NCBI GenBank assembly: GCA_964623985.1
Contig: CAZUXG010000003.1
Coordinates: 1-55,247, forward strand
Reading direction: 5' to 3'
From: an uncultured Thermodesulfobacteriota bacterium
GTDB taxonomy: Bacteria; Desulfobacterota; Anaeroferrophillalia; Anaeroferrophillales; Tharpellaceae
Length of the DNA: 55,247 nt
This document shows positions 28,678 to 34,551 of the stretch, one piece after another. Position 1 is the stretch's first letter, and each line of letters begins with the position of its first letter. Position numbers and translations under genes: made by a program. Below the pieces are notes generated by a model that saw only the letters and a list, made by a program, of their open reading frames with translations, made no database searches and was not told the DNA's origin.

Positions 28678-29784
28678 TTATGTTAAGCTTGAGTCCGAAT
28701 TCAAAATATCTTTTTCAATGACGCTGAAATCGCGGCGGCTTTCGGCCAGCATGATGAGTTTATTACCCTCTTCAATGCATTCATTTTTGGCCGGGTTGAG
28801 GATGGTCTTTCCTTGTTTGATGATGCCGATGACCTGGAGGTTGGCGGGGTGTTTGAGGACTGCGACCTGAATATCGGCAACCTTGTGACCGGCCAGTTGC
28901 GTGTCGAGGATATAGAACTGACTGCCGATCTTGTTGCTGATGATCTGAGTGATGATTTCATGAATCCCGGGGTAGAGAAATTCTTGGGCCAAAAGGCAAT
29001 CGGTCAGACCTTCCGGAGTAACAATGCCGTCGACTTTGGCCCTTTGCAAAAGGCAGAGATTCTCATGATGGATGAGTTCGGCAACCATTTTGAACGGATA
29101 GTGATGTTCCTGTCGGAGCTGTTCGACAACCGAGGCGATGGCAAAGGTAATGGCATCGGCGTCACTGTTGAAAGGGTCGCCGGCGAGGATGAAGACCCCG
29201 GCCGCCGCCATAAGGTTTGCTTTATGTAGCACCTGTTCACTGGTCGGGTTGCCGTAGACAAAGGCAAAGTCATCGGCCGGTAGACTTTCGGGCAATTTCG
29301 TGATTGTGTCACTGACGATCACGAAGAATGAGTGTTCATAGGCTGGATGCAACTTCAGTTCGGCGGTCAGGCGTTTGAGTTTGTCGAGAGTGGGAAAGTT
29401 GCAGATGATGATGTGGTGTTCTCTGGTTATTTGCACAAGTCCTCGCTTTCTTTTTGAGATATAATCAAAAACACTTTCCGCCACCATCCCCAATAGATAG
29501 CCGATAATTGCGATACCGACCAGCATGCAGGGATAAGCGATCAGAAAACGGCCGATTTCAGTCTGCGGGGAGAGATCCCCGTAACCGACCGTGGTCATGG
29601 TTACCATTGCCCACCAGATACTGTCGGCTAAGTCAAGTTCAGGTTGAACGTTTCGTTCAACAAGGTAGAAGACCAGACCGAAAAAAAGGTTCAGGAAGAG
29701 GGCCAGAGAGAATATCCGAACCAGGCGCAGGCGCTGATAGTTGTGTTGATGTAACCAGCTTAAAAAACGTTGAAAAATAGGCAT
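28678..29784 (-). CDS. Two-TM potassium channel with cytoplasmic RCK (TrkA-N/TrkA-C) gating domains
   Basis: 368 aa. Selectivity filter TTVGYGD (codons at 29575-29595), followed by HHIIICNFPT… Rossmann-like and C-terminal TrkA-C-like segments. Confidence 0.88.
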   Translation of the reverse strand: MPIFQRFLSWLHQHNYQRLRLVRIFSLALFLNLFFGLVFYLVERNVQPELDLADSIWWAMVTMTTVGYGDLSPQTEIGRFLIAYPCMLVGIAIIGYLLGMVAESVFDYISKRKRGLVQITREHHIIICNFPTLDKLKRLTAELKLHPAYEHSFFVIVSDTITKLPESLPADDFAFVYGNPTSEQVLHKANLMAAAGVFILAGDPFNSDADAITFAIASVVEQLRQEHHYPFKMVAELIHHENLCLLQRAKVDGIVTPEGLTDCLLAQEFLYPGIHEIITQIISNKIGSQFYILDTQLAGHKVADIQVAVLKHPANLQVIGIIKQGKTILNPAKNECIEEGNKLIMLAESRRDFSVIEKDILNSDSSLT

Positions 29785-29799
29785 CGATTTTTGTTGTCT

Positions 29800-30459
29800 C
29801 TATAACGCATCCCGGAGGGCATTACCTTGGGTGATAATATCTTTGATCACCGTTTCAGCAGCAATCTTTCCCTCCTTATCTTCATAGCCGAGATCCGGCC
29901 AGTGGATTGATTGGTTGCAGATCTCCAGAATTTCATCCCAGACCGATCCTAAAAGTAAATCGAACTGCCAGTTGCCGTCGGCATCGCGACCAAAACGTTT
30001 TTCGTTTATGAAACTCATGAAGACGAGTTCAATCGGGTCGCTTTTTAAGTATTCCGCGACTGCGATACGCAAGTCATCCCAGCGTTGTTCAGCTAGAAAA
30101 GCTTCCCATTCCGGTTTTGTTGGATAGTCGTCATAGTAATTGAAGGCGAATTCACCACTGGTCAGGTCAACGGCGCAGAAGATATCACTGATGGTCATGT
30201 TTTCCCGGTAATGTTTGAGAAAATTATGATGCAGGGTTTTGCCTTTCCGGCTGACACAGTAATGTTGCTCCTGGTCGATTTCAATCAGTTCACGAGCCAT
30301 GAGTTCATCAAAAATTGATTCTAAATCTTCATTTTTTTCGTTGAGCAGAATCGAAATTCTGGTCTTTTCCTGAATCATGTAATCAAGCAGGTAGAGGCGG
30401 GCGTAGTGATGTCGCTGTTTTTCGTCAAGTTGATAGGGTAGTTGAGGTAAATTATTCAT
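29800..30459 (-). CDS. Hypothetical acidic cytosolic protein (possible winged-helix N-terminal domain)
   Basis: 219 aa, no TM helices, Trp/Asp/Glu-rich C-terminal half. Translationally coupled (ATGA) to the DUF350 gene. I recognised no family. Confidence 0.6.
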   Translation of the reverse strand: MNNLPQLPYQLDEKQRHHYARLYLLDYMIQEKTRISILLNEKNEDLESIFDELMARELIEIDQEQHYCVSRKGKTLHHNFLKHYRENMTISDIFCAVDLTSGEFAFNYYDDYPTKPEWEAFLAEQRWDDLRIAVAEYLKSDPIELVFMSFINEKRFGRDADGNWQFDLLLGSVWDEILEICNQSIHWPDLGYEDKEGKIAAETVIKDIITQGNALRDAL

Positions 30460-31343
30460 GAGAAGAAGAGACTTCCGACAACCAAAGCAATGATAATGGC
30501 GACTCCACCCTCAATCAGGGCCGCGCCCCAGTTGTGGTCCTGACTGATCTCTTCGTCGAGCAGGGCTCCGGGAAGCAGCAATTTGTCGGCGATATAGCGG
30601 CCTGTAACCAGAAAGAAAAAACTTACCGGGAGCCATAAGATGAGCCCCGGCAGGGAGTCGTAGGCGGCGATATAGTCGGCTAAAAGGATGCCGACGGCAA
30701 CCATGCTCAATCCGAAAGCAACTCCGGCGGCGGGGTTGTCCTGCTCAATTTCGTGGTGCAGGTCGAAACGACTAATATGTTGGTAGAGGCGGCCGAAGAG
30801 GAGAAAGGTGGCTTGAGCAATAGCGAAATAGAAAAAAGTGCCGAAAAGGTCGGTAAAAAAACCTGAGCCGGAACCACTTAAAACGGTTTTTATGATAATC
30901 CCTGAGGCGATAAAGGTGCAGCCTTCAATAGCTCCGGTGCCGAGATTGTGATCTTCGATGATTTCCTTGTGGTTCTGGAAATTAGGCAGCAGATAATTGT
31001 CATTAAGGTATTGCGAGATCTGGAGCAGGCCGATTCCGAGCAGTCCCCAAAAAAAGATCTCAATCAGGTCAACGATCAGGCTCCCGAAGCCGGTGACGGC
31101 AGCATCACCGTTGGGGGTGATAACCCCCCAGAGAATGAGGCCTAAGGCGAAAAGGTAGCCGCTGGTTGAGAGGGCCACCGCTTTGTTGTCGGTGGTGGTT
31201 AGTTCATGGTCAAGGTCGTAGCTTGCAAACTTGTTGTGCAGGTGTTTGCCGATAACCATGATAACCAGAACGACCAGCAGGTAGGTTGCAGCAACCGGTT
31301 GAAAAAGTTCGGCGATGGGGCGCAAAGAAAAAAAACTGAACAT
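30456..31343 (-). CDS. Tandem-duplicated DUF350 (YjfL-like) integral membrane protein
   Basis: 295 aa, ~8 TM helices. It has four copies of the DUF350 half-repeat signature (TTDNKAVALSTSG, EDHNLGTGAIEG, EQDNPAAGVAFG, SQDHNWGAALIEG). Confidence 0.65.
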   Translation of the reverse strand: MFSFFSLRPIAELFQPVAATYLLVVLVIMVIGKHLHNKFASYDLDHELTTTDNKAVALSTSGYLFALGLILWGVITPNGDAAVTGFGSLIVDLIEIFFWGLLGIGLLQISQYLNDNYLLPNFQNHKEIIEDHNLGTGAIEGCTFIASGIIIKTVLSGSGSGFFTDLFGTFFYFAIAQATFLLFGRLYQHISRFDLHHEIEQDNPAAGVAFGLSMVAVGILLADYIAAYDSLPGLILWLPVSFFFLVTGRYIADKLLLPGALLDEEISQDHNWGAALIEGGVAIIIALVVGSLFFS

Positions 31344-31371
31344 GACTTAATCCTTATTAGCTTAGATTTTG

Positions 31372-31497
31372 GGTAACTATTTAGGGCAACTATTCAGGTT
31401 TTGTCCACAAATTGTCTCGATGCGGGGATCGACCTTTAGTTCTGTCCCCCTCGAAGTGGGCGAAGCAAAGTTCGCCGCTATCCGCTGTAACTTAACT
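31372..31497. repeat. Intergenic structured repeat, copy 3 of 3 (~126 nt)
   Basis: GTAACTATTTAGG … AAATTGTCTCGATGCGGGG … CCTTTAGTTCTGTCCCC … CGAAGTGGGCGAAGCAAAGTTCGCCGCTATCCGCTGTAACTTAACT. It is in the same orientation as the other copies and lies between two minus-strand genes. Confidence 0.9.
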
Positions 31498-31500
31498 CTT

Positions 31501-32355
31501 TTATTTACCACCAAAGCGGCCGCCGCTCCGACCGAAACCGCTGCTTCTGCGTACCGATGGACGGGACGGACGGGGTTTTGAACTTCGGCCAAAAGCACTT
31601 TTACCGATCTGTTTTGAGGGGTTGCGTTTTTGAAAACTTTTCTGTGAAGAGGTTGGTTTTTTCAATGGTGTCTTGATACCTTTAGCCGCACTTTTACCGG
31701 CATTAGGTGAGGTTGCTTTACCTTTAACAGTGCTGCTGGAAGCGCTTTTCAAGTTTCTTTTACCAGCGGTACGTTGCTGGTAGTTTGCCTGAGAAGTCGT
31801 ATTGTAGGATCTGTAATGTCCTGGATAGTTGCCGTAGCCCCAGGGTGAAGCGTAGAAGGGGTGGGGCCGGAAAAGCCAGTACATGAACAGCATATCGGTG
31901 ATTCCGAAACTGCTGCGATGATAGTGATTTTGGCCATAGACCTGTTCATTACCCTTGACTTCGACGTTGGCCTGATCGGCACCGCTTTTTTCGATTGCGA
32001 TCGTCGCTATTTCCTGGGTCTCGCCAGCGACTGGTTCAACCGTTAGAGAGAAGCCTTTGGTCTGCTCATTGCCAAACTCGGTGACCTTGAGATAGTCGAC
32101 CTTGCCGTCTTCATCGAGATCGAGATTGTTGAGGCCGGTATCTGGGTCGTTGAGTAGGCGTTCCAGAGCGGCCGCGTTTTCAGCTTTTTTCAGGAGTGAA
32201 CCAACGGTTGCCAGATCGAGACCTTCACTGCCATAGGCTATGGTTTGAACACTGACATTATACTGTTTTTCACCTCCTCCTGAAGGCCAGAAGAAGGAGA
32301 TGAGGATGAGGAGAAAGAAAACTCCGGCCAGGATCTTGAAAATCTTTTCATTCAT
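31501..32355 (-). CDS. Signal-anchored protein with a DxDxDG loop and a basic Ser/Lys/Arg/Gly-rich tail (possibly YjfM-like)
   Basis: 284 aa. It has an N-terminal TM helix, an NLDLDEDGKVDY loop, an aromatic-rich mid-section, and a C-terminal ~90 aa of low complexity ending …RRSSGFGRSGGRFGGK. Confidence 0.6.
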   Translation of the reverse strand: MNEKIFKILAGVFFLLILISFFWPSGGGEKQYNVSVQTIAYGSEGLDLATVGSLLKKAENAAALERLLNDPDTGLNNLDLDEDGKVDYLKVTEFGNEQTKGFSLTVEPVAGETQEIATIAIEKSGADQANVEVKGNEQVYGQNHYHRSSFGITDMLFMYWLFRPHPFYASPWGYGNYPGHYRSYNTTSQANYQQRTAGKRNLKSASSSTVKGKATSPNAGKSAAKGIKTPLKKPTSSQKSFQKRNPSKQIGKSAFGRSSKPRPSRPSVRRSSGFGRSGGRFGGK

Positions 32356-32420
32356 GTTTAAACCCCATTTTGTTTGCAGTGGTCAGTGTGCAGGTTTTTA
32401 CTGTCGACTGCTTACTGATT

Positions 32421-34079
32421 TTAGTATCCGGTTTGCCAGCCTTTTAGATAATACGTGAAAATCTTATGATTAACAAGGGTATTTATTTCACTTTCATTGG
32501 TTTTAAGCTGATTTGTGCCGAAATTTAGCGAAGCATCGATAAGTTCCGGGGTTAAGTAGCGGGTTGGAACCGGCAGTACGTTTCTCTGTTTAAGCTTCTC
32601 TTTTAAACTTTTTGATGACCACTTTTCACTGTGACCGCCAATCCACCAGCCCCATTCGCCAAAGGAGGGGACATTGTCATGGTAGGGAATAACGTTTAAA
32701 TCAGCTGCGGCCATGCTGCGACCGATACAGAGAAAAGCTTCACGGGCGTGATAGGGAGAGGTCGCCTGTTGGACAAAAATGCCGTCGATGGCCAAGCGGT
32801 CGGCCAAGTGGCGGTAGAAGGTGCGGGAGTAGAGTTTGGCCAACTCCTCGTTGTTGGGGTCGGGAAAGTCGACGATGATGATATCAAATTTACCGGCCAA
32901 TTTCTCCACTAAAGAAGCTGCATCAAGGTGAACCAGAGTGACTATGGCGACCTCTTCGGGCCGGCTGCCAAAGCGTTGGTGCTGGTCGGGGATGCGAATC
33001 ACTTCATCTTTGTTTTGCGGAATCAAACTGTTATTTTTCAGGATGTTGATTCTGGCATCTCTCAGACTGTTTCGGTTAAGTTTGATGAGAGTCGGGTGGT
33101 TGCGGGCCAGGTCGGTCATCTCCGGGTCGAGGTCGCAAAGCACGAGTTCTTTAACCGTCTCGTATTTAAGGACCTCCCGGGCGGCCAGGCCGTCTCCGCC
33201 ACCGAGGATGAGGACGCGGCGTTGAGGTTTGGCTAGGGCGAAAGCGGGATGGACCAGGTTTTCGTGGTAGATATGTTCATCGGCGCTGTTAAATTGGAGG
33301 CTGCCGTTGATATAACAGGAGATTTCGGCGGCCCTCGATTTAGTCAGCACAATATGTTGGAAACGAGTGGTTTTACTTAATATGACGCGGTCGCGATAGA
33401 GGTACTGCTCGGCGCTTGAGGTCCAGTTCCGGGCCTGAAAAAGACCGCTTGCCAAAAGTAGTGAGGCGGTCATCAGAGTTGCCCATAAACGGACGCTAAA
33501 GGTGACTTTTGAACGAAAGTAGAGTAGTAAGATGGTGGCGGCGGAAAGGTTTAAAAGTCCCAGGACAAAGGCGGTTTCGATCAAGGTGAAAAAACGGGGC
33601 AGTAGAAAAACCCAAATCAAGGCTCCTGCCAAGGCGCCGACGTAGTCCATTTTTAGAACCTTGCCGAGATTAACCTTGAGCTGGTTGGTGTAGGCAGAGT
33701 TGAGCCGGGCGATCAGGGGGAGTTCAAAGCCTAGCAGGAGACCGATGCTGCTGATGAAAGCATATTGCGCTATGACATAGTAATTGGGGGCCATGCCGTA
33801 GGTGAAGAGCAGGGCCAGAGGACCGCAGCCTCCCAAAACCCCCAGCAAAATTTCGGCGCCGATAAATTTATCGAGCAAAAGCTGGTCGTTGAGGCGTTTT
33901 TGCAGGTCCGCGCCGATGCCCATACAGAACATCATGGCGCCGATCACCAAGGCCCACTGGCGGGCGGAATTTCCGAGCAGGTCGGCGGCCACCCGGCTTA
34001 AGGTATATTCGTAGGCGAGACCGCAACCTCCCATGATAAAGGTTGCCAGATAGAGAATGAAGGAGGCTGAGATATTCAT
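32421..34079 (-). CDS. Membrane-anchored spermidine synthase-like aminopropyltransferase
   Basis: 552 aa. The N-terminal ~210 aa are polytopic. The C-terminal domain has VLILGGGDGLAAREVLKY, CDLDPEM and FDIIIVDFPDP, the SpeE-family binding motifs. Confidence 0.8.
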   Translation of the reverse strand: MNISASFILYLATFIMGGCGLAYEYTLSRVAADLLGNSARQWALVIGAMMFCMGIGADLQKRLNDQLLLDKFIGAEILLGVLGGCGPLALLFTYGMAPNYYVIAQYAFISSIGLLLGFELPLIARLNSAYTNQLKVNLGKVLKMDYVGALAGALIWVFLLPRFFTLIETAFVLGLLNLSAATILLLYFRSKVTFSVRLWATLMTASLLLASGLFQARNWTSSAEQYLYRDRVILSKTTRFQHIVLTKSRAAEISCYINGSLQFNSADEHIYHENLVHPAFALAKPQRRVLILGGGDGLAAREVLKYETVKELVLCDLDPEMTDLARNHPTLIKLNRNSLRDARINILKNNSLIPQNKDEVIRIPDQHQRFGSRPEEVAIVTLVHLDAASLVEKLAGKFDIIIVDFPDPNNEELAKLYSRTFYRHLADRLAIDGIFVQQATSPYHAREAFLCIGRSMAAADLNVIPYHDNVPSFGEWGWWIGGHSEKWSSKSLKEKLKQRNVLPVPTRYLTPELIDASLNFGTNQLKTNESEINTLVNHKIFTYYLKGWQTGY

Positions 34080-34087
34080 GTCCGTCG

Positions 34088-34115
34088 GCTATACCGAAGT
34101 GTGTCTGGAAGTCAA
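34088..34115 (-). promoter_or_regulatory. Candidate sigma70 promoter directly abutting the speE-like start (possible leaderless mRNA)
   Basis: Minus strand reads TTGACT - 16 nt - TATAGC, with the -10 ending 8 nt before ATG 34079. There is no SD upstream of that ATG. Confidence 0.25.
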
Positions 34116-34551
34116 GTTAAAATGTTACAATCGGTTTTGCCGGATTTTTTCAGACTTTTTTGCAGCAGCCGGCAATATCCAAAAATATTTCTTGAAGTTT
34201 ATAGGTGAAATTGTGTATTCCTCTACTTCGCAGGCTAGCCTGCGGCAAGTTGCTATTCCTTTGCGACAAACATCCCTAAGCCATAGAGGTTAAACTTTAT
34301 TGAAAAGTGATTATGATTCGTTCGGTAATCTTTTTTTAGGTTTTTTGTTGGTTGGCTAGTGCTCTAGTGTTGGAGTTGCGGTTGAGGTGAGTCAAACGGT
34401 TTCGGGTGAACGTGAATATCACATTTTTATGGTCAACAGTTAGCACTCTGAATATTTCTGGCGTGAGCGTCAGAGTCATGGCTCAAGGATGCTTTGTCGG
34501 GTTTAAGGGTGCCGTTAGATTTGCTTTTAGGGGCTGAGATTTTGACTAACT

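Noticed and set aside
31372-31497. Possibility that the three-copy repeat is a c-di-GMP/cGAMP (GEMM-I) riboswitch, which is common in Geobacter-like genomes, or another riboswitch.
   Set aside because: The conserved blocks do not reproduce the GEMM-I core as I recall it. The elements are in the antisense orientation relative to the surrounding genes when read in the orientation that superficially resembles GCAAAGC motifs. They lie between cistrons rather than in 5' leaders.
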